Below are positions 25,901 to 40,900 of a stretch of DNA of 64,000 bases, in pieces (the first letter of the stretch is position 1; every line of letters starts with the position of its first letter). Position numbers and translations under genes: made by a program. The stretch spans positions 5,086,001-5,150,000 of the forward strand of contig NW_024704743.1 of NCBI RefSeq assembly GCF_018977255.1, in the 5' to 3' direction. The notes under the pieces are model-generated. The model was not told the origin of the DNA, searched no databases, and was given only the letters and a program-made list of their open reading frames with translations. The DNA is from Callorhinchus milii (taxonomy: Eukaryota).

Positions 25901-28900
25901 GCAATGCAAAGCGTCACTTTCCAGCAAATCTCAAACAGCTTCCATCGATTTCAAATGTGATTGAAATGTTCAGTCTTATCACATGAAAGAGTACAAAATA
26001 ACCATTTCTCAAGGAAACAAAATAGCTTGAAACAGACTGCTTCAAAGAGAAAATTAAAAAAATGACCTGTTCCTATCAGATCATATTCTCAATGCCATTC
26101 ACACCAGATTATTTATATTCACTCTTAGGAGTGATACATTACTAACAATATATTGTCAAATTATTTTTTTCTCAATATCATAGTCAAATATTTAATATAT
26201 TTAAATATTAATTCATCCTACTTTGGTAATGAATCAACAAACATAGCACACAAGGCACAGGAAATGATCTTCATTTGCGCTACGTCTATAAGAATTATTC
26301 TGTTAATGTTTTAATTACTTACGATATCGGTTCCAACAAAAAAATGGTTGGGATCTGAAGGTAGAAATTTGATATTCAAAGTCTGAGGAGGTCCCAGTTG
26401 CATGAGATCTCTAGGGATAAAACTGACCAAATACAAAAGGAAGCACATTAAACATTAAACAACAAACTATATCATCTGGTGTACAAGTGCATCAATCAAC
26501 AAAAGCTAAACCAAAAGGATCTCAGTGAGTCACTAGTTTGTGAAAGGGCAGCATCGACTTGCATGGAGATCTGAAGATACATTGGTTGGAGACCTATCTA
26601 AGTTCCTACGTGATTCGCTTTTCAAAATCCCCAAATTAGCCCCATTGCATCACATCTTCGTTTGGAACAGGTTTAATTTTTAATCTCATCATAACATAAC
26701 GTCGCCCGCCTCCGCCACTACCTCACCCCTCAGGCCGCTGAAACTCTTGTTCATGCCTTCATCACCTCCAGGCTCGACTGTGCAAACACTCTGCTTGTCG
26801 GCCTTCCCAACTCCTCCCTCCACGGGCTGCAGATAATCCAGAACTCTGCAGCCCGTGTCCTCTCCCGCACCAAACTCCATGATCCCATCTCCCCCATTCT
26901 CGCCCAATTCCATTCGCTCCCTACCAAGCGCCTGCTCCCTCCGCTCAGCCGGCTCTGGCCTGCTCCACATCCCCCGACCCACCCACCCCACCATTGGTGG
27001 GAGAGCCTTCAGCCACTCCGTCCCCAACCTCTGGAATTCCATTCCCCAATCACTCCGCCTCGCCCTCTCCTTAGCCTCCTTCAAGTCCCGCCTCAAAACC
27101 CTCCTCTTCGACCATGCCATCGGTCATCCCCCTTCCCCTCCCCTCTCCCTCCGACCTCAGCTCGGGTCTGAAATGCTGTACACTGTCCAGTGCCTTGGGA
27201 CGTCCTTCTGATGTGAAAGGCGCTATACAAATGTAATCTTGTTGTTGTTGTAATAACAATAATAATAATCCTTGCATTTGATATAGCGCTTTTCACATCT
27301 TCTAGACCTCTCAAAGCATTTCACAGAATAAACTGTAAAGTGAATTGACTGTATATTTGTGGGCGAAATGCGGCAGCCAATTGCGTACAGCAGTGTCCCA
27401 CAAACAGCCGTGGATTGAAGTGACCAATTTATTATTGTTTGTTTTTTTTCTTGAGGGATTATTATTAGGCGTGTGGAGTAAGAAAACTTGCCCAAGGTTT
27501 TGCACTGCCAGGAATCAAACCCAGGTCTCTCGCTTGAGAGGCGAATGCTCTAACCTACAGGACTAAGCTACAGGACTCCATCATTGCTCTTCTTGCAGCA
27601 TTTGCACTCTTATGCACTGCCTCCAGGTCTCAATGATGTACTGAATGCTGACAGCCAGCACTCCAACTGATAGATAACTCATTCATCACAGACAGCCATT
27701 TTGAGGTCACTGGCAATATGGAAACTTCTCTGAACCATAAAGACAGGGGTTGAAATAACAGTAAAATGACAGTTGAGTCCTGTAGTTCAGTGGTTAGAGC
27801 ACTCGCCTTGCAAGCGAGACACCTGGGTTCAATTCCCAGCAGGGTGAAATCTTGGGCAAGTTTCCTTACTCCACACGCCTAATAATAATCCCTCCAAAAC
27901 AAAACAATAATGAATTGTTCATTTTCAATCCACGACTGTTTTTGGGACACTGCTGTGCGCAATTGGCTGCCGTGTTTCGCCCACAAATTATACAGTCAAT
28001 TCACTTTGCAGCAGTCTATTCTGTGAAGTGCTTTGAGATGTCTAGAAGACATGAAAAGTGCTATATCAAATGCAAGGATTATTTATTTATTATTATTATC
28101 TTTGGTAAGAATTGAAAATGTCACAGCACCCATAGTTGTGTTTGAGTTAAATCAGAACTTTCAAATCAGTTATTGAAAACACTGTAACAATACCCTATTC
28201 ACCACATAAACCTACATAGGTTTTCACTTCAGTGACTGTTGTATTTAAACTCTGCCATTATTACGTAAGATTGATGACAATTCTGCCACTGACTTAATGA
28301 GATTTACAAGTATCTCAAAGTGTATCTATTGTTATGAACCAAACAAACCCTCCTTCACTCTGGGATCATTTATCAGTATTAAAGTACAATATACTTTGAA
28401 AAGTCACACAAACAAGAGGACCTAATGCTCAAAACTAGAATCCTACCTGCTGTTGATGTTGATTGAAGAGCTGTGCAGCAGTTTCACTTTCCCACCAGGA
28501 CTCAGACCTGACAATATAGACAAAATTCAAGGAAAAGAACGAAGCCTATCTGCATATATTTTCTTAACCCTTAAGATCTAACCAAGCTTTGTCTCACTGG
28601 ACCAAGCAGGTCGACTAGACACCGAACCAATATTACAGTAATATAATCAGGAAACCTTATTATCTCAATTTTACCACGATACCACTAAATCACAATCTAT
28701 GCTGCTCCACCAGTCCAGTCCAAGGAGAGGGCTGAATTGTCGTAAATCAAGATCCAGTCCCTCTGTTCAGGTGGACATTAAGGATCCTACGGCATGATTC
28801 AAAAAGAGAAGGGATTATCTTCAACATGTACATGCCCTCTCTTGGTGACATCATCCACAGACATAGGGTCAACTTCCACATGTAGGCGGATGCTACCCAA

Positions 28901-31900
28901 CTCTATCTCTGCCTCCACCCTCAAATCCAGGACCACTGTTGTCCTGTCAGACATCAAGTCCACGATGAGAGCTAACTTTCTGCAGTTGAACGTCAACAAG
29001 ACAGAAGCCTTGCCCCTTCCTACTGCTGTGACCTGGTAACCCTATATCAACCTGCCCACTCCCTCCGCTCAGCAGGCTCTGACCTATTCCCCCAACCATC
29101 GCTGGTCGGGTCTTCAGCCTTTCTGCCCCCACCCTTTGGAACTCCATCCCACAGTCCCTTCACCTTGCTCCCTCCCTTGCCTCCTTCAAGGCACATCTCA
29201 AGACCCTTCTCTTCGACCAAGCCTTCGGCCACCCTCCTATCCCTACCCTCCACACCTGCAGATCCCACCCCCTGCTTGGGTCCAAATCCGATTGTCCAGC
29301 GCCTTGGGAGGTCGTCCCAACGTGAAAGGCGCTATACACATGTCATTTTGTTGTTATTGTTCTCCAGGTGCCTTGGCCAACAATCCCCCATTTGGTCTCT
29401 CACTTCATGGCTATTTGGGGTATATTGGTGTACGCCAGTTAGCCGTCACATTCACTTACAAAATACACAAGACACTACACCACAGCAAGTTACTGTGAAG
29501 AGGTTTGAAACATCTTGATCATGTGAATACAATGCAAGATTATTATAATAGATATTTTATATAAAACTTTAAATAATATTTTACTGTTGCTTTTTCTATT
29601 ATCTCTCCCCCCCACCCCCATCTCTCGTCTTTTCCTTCCTAAATAACAATGAATTTACTTTTACCCCACCTAACCTAACCTGTTTTATTTTATCTTTCCC
29701 GAAAAATGAATTTAACCTTTTGACTTAGCTCTTCTCTCTTTTCTTTCTGTACTCGTTATTCCTTTGTGGGGGAGTTAGTTTTGGCATTTCACTCACTGAT
29801 CTCCCATCCCAACCCCCCCACGCACACACGACGCACACGCATTGACAGTGTTCAGACAACATAAGGAAACACTTTGTAAATAGCAAACATTAGATGGCCT
29901 TTGGGTTTTGTAAATTAATGCTCCCACTCCATTAAATGATGTCGCAAATTAGACTCCAGCATGATCCACTCAGTTGTAACAATAATAATCCTTGCATGTG
30001 ATATAGCTCTTTTCACGCCAGAAGGACGCATCAAAGCTCTTCACTGTAAAGTGCATAATAACTGTGTATTTTGTCGGTGAACGTTATTACTTCTCTAACC
30101 TATATATTTCCCTTTCATTTTGTATTTAAGGTCTTGTTCTCTGCACGACATGTTTTATACATACCTAAGTCTGTCAGAGAACCGGCAACATCTGCCTTTT
30201 GGAGTTCAACCACTACCTGAAGAGAACCAGACCACACAAAAAATGACAGGTTTATAATCTACTCAAAACAAAAGAATGTCTTAACTATTGGAACTATTTG
30301 TTTCGCTGCCAAGTTACTTTTCCAACTAACATTTCTCTAGACACAATATTACCTGACAGTGATGTTTGATTAATAAACAAGCACATTAACTACAAAGTAA
30401 TTTGCAAAGATCAGTGAGCCGTGTTCAGACAGCCTGTTGCATCTTCTTCCACATACTTTGTTCCCTCATTTCCACTGGCTTATATCCCAATATTAGTGGA
30501 GTTTAATATATCTGCCAGGGTTTCTCAGGGTCTGGATCACATTACCTGCATGGGAATTTTACCCTCTCAAAATATAGCTCCTGTATATAAAACAATGATA
30601 ATCCTTACATTTGATATAGTGTCTATAACTTCGAATATCTCACAAGTAATTGCTTGTGCTTCACAAGTAATTGCTGACATGTGTATTGACTATATATATA
30701 TAACACAGTGTATTGACTGTATATTTTGAAGGCAAACAATATATATATATAATTGTCACTGCCATCATGCTGTTAAAATCTCAGCAGCATTTATTTATGT
30801 ATTTATACAATCTCGCCACTCTGGATAACTTGTCACTGAACCCTTTTCCCTTGGAGTGACCATACCATATCAAATATATACTCATATTATTTATTATAAC
30901 TGAATAAATGCATCATCTTTGAATAAATTTGAAATGTTTTTGAATTAACATCCAAATACTACAAAAAGGTTTCTCTAAATCATTGCTCTTTGGAAGTTCA
31001 GAACAAATTAGTTTGTACTACAGGACACCAGAAATGTGAGAACATGTCTACTTTCTAGGAGAAAGCTTTGTCAAACAACGCATGTTTTTTGGCAAAATCA
31101 ATGTCTTGGTTCATATAAACATCAGCGCAAGCCAGGCAGTTCATTAGAAAACAGTAAACATTGTAAACGATTTACAATGTAACTCACAGAAGAGCTGTCA
31201 CGATCAAAGGAATCAGTAGGAGGCAAATCATCTGGTGCAAAGCACAGGAAATTTATGTCTACTCCGCATCACAGGTCTGTTAACATTGGAACCTCTTGCG
31301 CTGTGCAAGTTACCCTCGGTTGGCACCACAAAGCAGATTCCAGAACATTAACGGCAACAGCCAAATGACATACAATTCTCACCAGTGCGCTTGTTGTCAA
31401 GTCACAAGTGGCAACTTTAGTTTACTGGCCTTGGACTTTCTGCGCTGTGTGGGGAAAGTTCACATGAATCTCGTGGAATGTGGTACGGGTGGGATGAGAG
31501 TTCAGGTAACCAGCGCTCAGAAAAATGACCACAGATGCTTGCAGTGGCGGCCGTTTATATTAACCAATTGCACAGGTACGATGTCACTTCATTAACATTC
31601 AACTACTGCCATCAAAGTCTAGGGCTGCCTTCAGCATCACGACTGTAATGGAAAGACAGCATAAGTCGCAGTTTAAAATAGTTACACCATTGCTTATTTA
31701 TAGTGGCTAAAGTCATTAATCAGCACCAGGAGAGCGACTGCAGACTTACTTTATTCAACAAAGTGGCAAAAATATTATAAAAATACTTAAAATAGATTAT
31801 AGAGAAAATACCTCTGGAATGAAGTACAGCGACTTGTTATTAAACAAATCGCTCATAAAAATGGTTCAAACTTATAGGAAAAACACATTCCAAACTCGTT

Positions 31901-34900
31901 AAAAAGTCGGTGATGAAAATAGATGGAATACAGCTTTGGAATATGCAGGCCTGGAAAAGACCATTCGCTAGCTGCAAGTTAAAAATAATAATAAATAATC
32001 CTACATTACAGCTCTCAACCCCTTCAAATTAATTATTAACTAAATAGTTATCTAAATCCTTTTTAAATTTGCCAGGACAATCTGCCTTCATCATCCCCTT
32101 GGGTAATCCATTTCACACAACAACCAAACAACAAATTGCATTTATACAGCCCCCACCTTTCACGATGGGAGGACATCCCATCCCACATATTTAGCAATCT
32201 CCGCTTGAAAACTGTATTATAATCCTAGATTAAAACACCATAGGGCTGCCAGATACTGGCAAAAGTAAAATTCACTTTACAGCATATCCTGTGAAGCACT
32301 TTAAGACGTCTCGAAGATTTGATAATGCGCGATACCAAATGTAATGATTATTATTATAAAAGAAAATCCAGTTGCTCGCTTACACTACAACTGCATGATG
32401 TATAAACCAATTGGGAACTTCCTTTATCCAAATTTTGAGGTTTTAGGAATAATATAAACAGAACAGCAGTACAAGCATGAAAGCCTAACTGATCTATAAG
32501 AGTTACTCATGTTTTTGTTAACCAATTTTCACTTTGGGATTGTGTAAAATTGTTAAAAAAAAAATTTTTTAAATTAGATCTTAAAAACTCAAATTAACCA
32601 CCTTGTTTTCTACATCAGGGATGGTGCATACACTTGTTTCCAGGAATTACACTCTGCCTTGTGAATCCAGTTGTGCACATGTGCAGAGTTACACGCGAGT
32701 TTGCAAGTTTACTCGTGACTCAATCTCAATGTTCATAGTAATTTCAGGCACACGCGTGTAACTGCAGTTGTACAACAGGATCATTTGCTGTGCGCTACGT
32801 TAAGTCTGTAACACTTACAGAAATTTACGTAGATTTACACAGACTAGACAGCATGGAAATAATAATAATCCTTATATTTGATATAGCGCTTTTCACATCT
32901 TTGAGACGTCTCAAAGCGCTTCACAGAATAAACTGTAAAGTGAATTGACTGTATATTTGTGGGCGAAACGCGGCAGCCAGTTGCGCACAACAGTGTCCCC
33001 ACAGTCGTGGATTGAAGTGACCAATTTATTTTTTTTTTTTCTTGAGGCATTATTATCAATAATATATTAATAATCATATAATAGAAATACAATAATGAAT
33101 AATTATAATAATTATTATTATATAATGAATAATACAATAATGAATGGGCCATTCGGTCCAACTAGTCCCTGCTGGCGTTTACACTCTCCACAAATCTCCA
33201 CCCACTCCTTACTCTCCCTATAACCTTCTATTCCCTTCCCTTCCATCTCATGTATATACTTAACTTCCACTTGGATGCATCTACACTATGTGCTCAACTA
33301 CCATTTCAGGCAACGAGTTCCACATTCTCACTACTCTCTGTGTGAAGTAGTTTCTCCTACATTCTCTTTTAGATCCCCCCTAGTCATTATCAGATACTTG
33401 TGCTACTGGCTTTCTACAGTTGTACAGTTTGATACAGGGATAGAAAACATCATAGATAGAAACAGAAAATCAGAGAGAGAGAAAGGGAGAGATGTAAAGT
33501 GAGAGAGGAAGTAGCAGAGAGTGAGAAGGGCTGGCAGAGGGTCAATATAGTGACAATGTAAGTCCTGATGAAATAATTTTTGAGTGAACAATATAATTTT
33601 CTTGATGTCGAATTATCCACAACTGTTTGCTTATCTGCAAAAGACCCATGTCCAACTAACGCCTACAAATACACAATCACTACACCTTAGGCTAAGTGTT
33701 TGAGACGTTTCAATGATACGGTAAGTTGCCATACCAAATGCAAGGATTACCATTATGAATATAATCAGCTCTCCGCTGCATCAACAATTGTGTCCATTAA
33801 TAAAGCTACTGTTTTATTATTATTTTCTGAATTTTTTGATGTTCCACACTGATTCCTGATTTTCACCAAATTTGCCCACATTTTCCTGTGTCCATTTATC
33901 TCCGTGGACAAAAAACACAAAAAGTAGATTCCCCAATGTATCTAGGTTTTTATTTTGTACTGATGAAAAAAAAAGTCCAGCGGTCCTCACTGATGCAAGC
34001 AGAGATTTTAATTCCCTTTCAATCCCATTAAGAGAGACATTTGGATTGAAACATATGATTTGCTAGTAAATTATTTACTGTGATCGTTAGCACTGAATTC
34101 ACTATTGCAAACTTTCGAAGGGACCTCACCGGCCTTTATAAGGAAGACTTGGACTAGTTCATACTTGCAGTTCACACACAGTCCTTACAAACTCATGTTC
34201 AAATTCCAAGCTTTGTGTGGGACCACATCAACAACAAACAACTTGCACCTATATAGCACCCTCCGTGCAGGCTAACATCTCAGAGCTCTTAACAGTGGGG
34301 GAGCCTGACTCTGAGCCGGGTGGGGGGGTGGTATGTGGGTAGAGGTGAAAAGGAAGGTTTTCAGGTGGGACTTGAAAAAGGGGAGAGAGGGGTCAAGGCG
34401 GAGGAATTGAGGGAGTGTGTTCCACAGTTTCGAGACGTAGTGGCTAAATGCACGACCTCCAGTGGTAGGGGCCCGAGGGATGAGCACGAGGCCAGTGCCA
34501 ATCGAGCAGCGGCACCTGGTGGTGCACTAGAGTGAGGAGTTCAGAGAGGTAGGGAGGTGCCAGTCAGCGAAGAGATTTGAAAACAAGTGTGAGGATCTTG
34601 AAGTCGACCTGTTCGGTGATAAGGAGCCTGGCCAGAACTGTGAGATGACGAGACAGAGGTTGGTCCGGGTTAGTATGTGGGCAGCAGAGTTCTGAAGAAG
34701 AGCACTCTATACTTACCCACAGATTAAGCAGACCACTTTCATCAAGTGAGGCCATCTGAAAGGACTGCCCTGAGCTTCCTGCACAAGTAAATATTAAAAA
34801 TATCATTTAAATGTTAAAAAGGACCAAAAAAAGATTGATCCCGCATCTTCTCTTATAATGTGCTATGACTCCTTACCAATCAAAAATAAGATTTAAAAAA

Positions 34901-37900
34901 ACATTAGCTTTTACTGCATTCGATACGACACATTTCCAATTCCCATATCACACAATCTGTGCGTGGCCTGTCTATGGCTGACTCCTACTTCAGAAGATAC
35001 TGACTAGAAATTAAATGAAGACAACTGAACAAACAAATGTACTTAACATGCATCCATAGAAATGGTCAGGTCATAATGAGATTGTTTGGCGGCCCATCAT
35101 GTCTGTGTCACTAAAGCCTCTACTTTTTAAGTCACTTTTTTTTAATTAAACAAATTTTGCAGGTCTTTCTGCGTATCCCTTATCCACATTCCCGGCAGAC
35201 AGGGGAGACTTGAACTTTATCGGGTCTTAAATCCAGGTCTCAGAAATGAAATACCAGTGCCTAAACCACAATGTCTCTCTATATAAAGTTGCTATGACAT
35301 GACACAACTTTGTTCTGACTGCAATACCAGACTTTAATATGTTGATATCAGGAAACACACAGATGATGAAATTGATATTTAGTTGGTGAATTTGCAGAGT
35401 AGATTTTTTCTAATATGGAACAAAAAAATTAAGTCTAAATTACGATCAATGAAAATCAAATGCATGTAAATTAAAGTCCCCATAAAGCGCAAAAAAAGGG
35501 AAGCTGAAAATCTAACAGAAGTCGTACCTTCATGGGACGTTAAAAGTGGAAGCCCAAGACCTTGATTCTCGTAAGAAGGAGATGACACAGGAGCAACAGC
35601 CTTTACTGCACAGGAGTGGTTTACTGCTGTGAGAACACCATCTATAATGCAATATAAAATAGTGTGTCAGCATAGCTCAGGTTATAGCACTCTTGGTTCT
35701 GAGTTTGTTTGTGGGTTCAAACCCAACGTCGGGACTTGGAACTCATATCATCTAGGCTGACTCTCCAATACAATGCTGGACGGACTCTGAATCATTGGAA
35801 TCTGAGTCCATTGGATGAAACGTTAAACCAAGGTTCCACCTGCCTGCTCAGATGGATTTTAAAGAGTTTTGAAAATAGGAGGGAATTTTTCCCTGTGTCC
35901 TGACAAACAATAACTCAAATAAAATTGGTGATTCACTGTGTGGCTGTTTGTGGGATATTAGTGTCCACAAATTGGCTGTTCATTCACCCACAAATTAGTC
36001 TTAATACAAAATAGGGTTGTTCCTCACTACCTTGTTAATGAGCATTTAATGTGAATTAGAGCGAGTTGCAGAGAGTTGTAAAGGGTAACGAAGTTCAAGG
36101 GAAAATTTCAGGACAGATACCAGGAACATTTTCTTTACACAGAAGGTAATGAAACCCGTGCGCAACTTAGGCGTCAGGTTCGATCCCCAGTTATCCTTCC
36201 TCCCCAATATCCGGTCCCTGACCAACACCGATTTCTTCCACCTCTGCCACATAGCCCGCCACCGACAATACCTCACCCCAAAAGCTGCCGAAACCCTTGT
36301 CCATGTCTTTGTCACCTCTTGGCTGGACTACTCTAACGTCCTCCTCGCCGATCTCCCCTCCTCCACTACTCACAAAATTCAGCTCATTCAAAACTCTGCT
36401 GCCCGCATTCTCACCCGCACCAAACTTCGTACCCCAATTATTCCAGTCCTTGCCAAACTCCACTGGCTTCCTGTCACAGAGCGGATCGACTTCAAGATCC
36501 TCACTCTAGTGTTTAAATCCTCCAATCCTTAGCACCCCCCCTATCTCTCTAACCTCCTCTATCCCCACAGTAGCACCCGCTGCCTCCGGCCTCCTCTGTG
36601 TCCCCCGAATCCTCCGCTTCACCATCAGCGGCCGTGCCTTCAGCTACTGCGCCCCGAAACTTTGGAACTCCCTCCTTCAATCCCTTCGCCTTGCCCCCTC
36701 CTTCCCCATCTTTAGGTCGCGCCTGAAGACCTTCCTCTTTGACCGTGCCTACCTTCCCCCTACCCCTGGCTCAGCCTCTGGCGCCACCATTGTTAAGTGC
36801 TTTGAGATGCCACCCGGCGTGGAGGGCGCTGTATAAATGCAAGTTGTTGGAAGTTGTTGTAATCAATGACTGAAACGGGTTGCCAGGAAAGGTGGCAGAG
36901 GCCAGTCACTAGACTCATTAAAAAAAACAGATTGATGCAATGATGAGGTGCAGAAGGGTGGGTGTTTTGAAGGGATGAGATTGGATGGGCCAAAGGGCCT
37001 TCTTCAGCCAGACCAATTTTGTGATCTTGTGAACAATGTATTTTTTCTTACATGTACCTGCGTGCATAGTCTATAAATAAAAATCAGTTCTCAATTGCAG
37101 TTAAATATTTAATCAGTTAAGTTTCTCCCTTAGCTGCCATGGTGGAGATGTGGTTGGCTCATTATTTAGCATTCTATACTCCTGCTCTGAACTATCTGCA
37201 AGCAGATGTGCACGAAAGCCCAGGGACTCTTATACTGCACTTATAATTCAGTTGTGCTTCAGGCAATATAACCACATGGACCAGGAAGCCTTATTTACAT
37301 GCAGCGCCTTTCCAATTTTTGGTGTACCTTAGCAAATGAGTCAGAGTTTGAAGGTTGTGTCTCACTTTCTGGAGTGTCAGGTTAGATTATGAATTCAGGT
37401 TCTGGTGTTAGACCTGAAACCAATGATCTTCCGATCCGGAGGCAAGGATATTACTAACTGAACAAAAGTGACACGTTTCTCCCAACACTATTCCCCTTTT
37501 CGAGGGAAGCTTCCACCAAGTGCAAATCAGCTAAGAACAGGAAACATGAGGACAAACAATCCGATGTTTCTCCATTGTTTGTTTGGTCGCCGGGTGTCTG
37601 ACACATGCGGGAACCCATCACCGTGCTTAAGAGTACCCAAACCAAGCTGAGAATTCCATGCATCCCAGCTACACATGGAAATTCCAGATAGATTCTTCAT
37701 CTCCCCCACCGCCACCATAAAAAAAATCATGTAAGAAACAGTCATGAGTCTGTGATGCTTTGATTTAAGTTCAATCCTATAAGTCTGATTAGAATTGTGT
37801 GTGATCCAAATATGAAATAATTTGCCCAAGTTGTTGGAAAGTAAAAGTCAATGACCATATGGCTGGTGAGAAGAGAAGAATTAATGGAGTTGAATTTAAG

Positions 37901-40900
37901 TTAATATTGTGATTTGTTTTAGAGTATGCCAATGAAAAATCAACAGCAAATTTAATATGAGCTTAACATACGTTTCCTTCAGTCACTGTTGGAAGAGGCT
38001 CCTTGACTCACCGGTAGAGAATGTTGGAGATCTGAAAGTCCATTCTTGACTCCCGATCTGAAGTGTGTGGTGCGTGCTGGAGTGCTGCCGGAGATCCCAA
38101 AGCACGACCGAGCCATCAACAGTTCCTGCAAACACCGAGATTGCCCTGCCAGGACTGAAACAGCAGCACTGCACCTACATCAAGACAGTTCAAAATATTT
38201 AGTAATACTTTCCTCAGCTAATGCACTTCCAATGTTGATGAGTTGGTTCCTAGAGTATGTATGCAATTTCATGCACCCAGAATATAGGCAATTCTGTCTG
38301 TCTTTTCTATGAGTTAATTTAATGCATTTTTTTTTCGGTGGGGGGTTGTGGGGTAGATGTTCAGAGAGCAAAATTCCAACAGCTGTTTAGAAACCACAAA
38401 AATTAGAGTTCCTATTGTTAATTCTGAATGGTGTAATTTCCCCGAGATCAGGGGAATGGTAAATAACACGCCTATGGCCAGAGAACACAAAGGCAGCTTG
38501 ACCAAAGCCAAAATATTAGGTTTGGGGACCATGAAACACACACTGGAGCAGTAATAATATTAGTAATCCTTGCATTTGATATAGCAACTTATCATGTATT
38601 CGAGATGTCTCAAAACGCTTCACAGAATATACTGTAAAGTGAATTAACTGTATATTCTGTGGACGAAACATGGAGCCAATTGCGCACAGTAGTGTCCCAC
38701 AAACAGTCGTGGATTGAAGTGATCAATTTATTAATTTTTTTGGAAGGAATTATTACCCCCGGAAAAGCGATCCACCAATCGACTAACAACCGGGTTTCTA
38801 CTTATTGCTAGGTAAACAGAGGTGTGTGGAGTAAGAAAACTTGCTGAACATTTCGCCCTGTCAGGAATCAAACCCAGGTCTCTTGCTTGCGAGGCGAGTG
38901 CTCTAACCATTGAGTTACAGGACCCCACAGTACTGGAACTGAAGCGACTAAACCTGTGCTGGTAGGCTACCCACCATTTGTCCAGTTAGAATTGCTCTGC
39001 ATTGGTTTACAGGGTTACCAGGAACCAAGTGGGAAGAATTCCATCCCCCTCCAAGTCTCACTTGATGGGAAGAGAGGGGAGGAGTGTAAAGAGCAAGCTT
39101 TTAAGAGTCGTTCTCCCCTGAACACGTTCAATCCATAACTGTGGAACGCTCTTGTGGAGGCCGCAGAGCTTTCGTTTTTCAACATACGCAGTCAGGGGTG
39201 GGAGTTTGTTCTTTTTTCTGTTTTAAAACAAAACAGTATGGGATTCCCTTCTAGCCTTCAGCTTCTGGACCCCAGCTTACAAAGAGTGTACAGCACGGAA
39301 AGGGCACTCAGTCCAACTAGTCCGTGCCAGTGTTTATACTCTCAACCCATTCCTTACTCCCTCCCACGGCATTCCTCTTCTTATTATGTTCTTTCTTATA
39401 CTCCACTGTTGATAACTGGTCTGAACCTCTTTCAGCTTTATAATGATACACACAGTTCATACTATTTTATTTCTTTCTGTTAACAGTTAAGGTTTCTGTA
39501 ACTCTTTCAGGAATTAATAAAAGCATAAATAATAATATTGTTTCTGCACAAACCGCAGATTCGCACACAAGGACTTTCTGAGGAGCTGATGGTTCCCAGA
39601 TATTCCAAACACAGATGATGTACTTGTTGTCTAGCTGGACTGCAACAGGTTCTTTAGGAACACTGTGAACTGATAGCAGGGTCTGCCTCTGTACTTGTGA
39701 AAAATGTAGACACAAAACCTGTCGACCTGCAGAAGAAACAAAACACGACATTACTACTTGGGACACTCCAAAATAAAACGTTAAAACTGTAGATTTGTGA
39801 ATATATAGGGAAATCTATATTAACGTACTGGTTTGCTAATCTTGTGGCATTCTGTTTGGCAATTTAAAATGGACCCCAAGCCAATGGCCATACTTTTGTT
39901 AAACAGTGAAGCTTCAGGTCACATAGTGGCCCATTGCCACCAAGTGGCAGAATATGGCTATGCACGGATGGTTCCCAATCTTAACTGGGCGGCATTAGCA
40001 GCACAGAATGCAGAGCAAGCTTTGCAGAGCTGAATTCTGCAAATTTAATCACAAAAAAGTATGATTCTATGAACGAACACTCAAATCTTGGGGAGGCTGA
40101 CAAGCAAGGAGTTTGCAATAGTCAAGCCTGGATGTTATAAATGTGTGTATGAGGATTTCGGTGGCTTGTGGTGTGAGGCAGTAGCGGAGCCGAGCGATGT
40201 TGTGGAGGTGGGGGAAGGCAGAGTGGGTCATGGCACGGACGTGGGGTAGAAAGGATAGTTGCAGGTCAAACAAGACGCCAAGGTCCCGGACTGGCTTAGT
40301 AAGGTAGAGTGGGATGGATGGTGATGCTGTCAGCGCCTGAGGGGTGGAGGCGCTAAAGGGAGCCAATCAGGAGGGCCTCGATCTTGTCACGTCGTTGAGA
40401 AGTGTCAAACCGCTTCATGGAATATACTGTAAAATAAATTGACTGTATTTTGTGGACGAAACATATATTACCATGGAAAAACGGCAGCTGTGTGTTCAGT
40501 TGAGAAGACCTATCACTTATTGATAGACTGGCTGGCTTTGACTGGAGGCTCTGATTGGCTTGATTCTCTGCCCGATCTTCTTCAAGCAGTACTGCTATTA
40601 CCTGCCAAAATGTTACAGCAGCAGTCAGAAAGCAAGCAAGCAAGCAAGCAAAGTAACACAAAAAATCAAACTGCAATACCCTCCTCGCAACATTTGAGCA
40701 TGGCCTATCTTCCCATTTCTTTTGGCGAGTGTCAAATGATCAATCAGAAGACATTCACTGTCTGGGGAAAATTGCGGAAAACTCTGCAACAATTAATGTA
40801 AGAAGTATTTTAAAAATCACATGCCTACATTGAACCTCTAAGTGGTTGGGATTACCAGGAAAACTGATGGAGGCCGGGACACTTGACTCATTTAAGGAAC

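Noticed and set aside
27223..27505. Recurrent short ORFs with [21 protein letters not shown] / MQGLLLLLL
   Set aside because: Chance translations of the SINE tail, found in many copies with inconsistent frames.
36149..36532. 127-aa ORF as a possible host gene
   Set aside because: It is the C-terminus of L2 ORF2 in a 5'-truncated insertion.
39930..39955. CTCF-like motif gccaccaagtggcag
   Set aside because: Single imperfect match with no supporting context.
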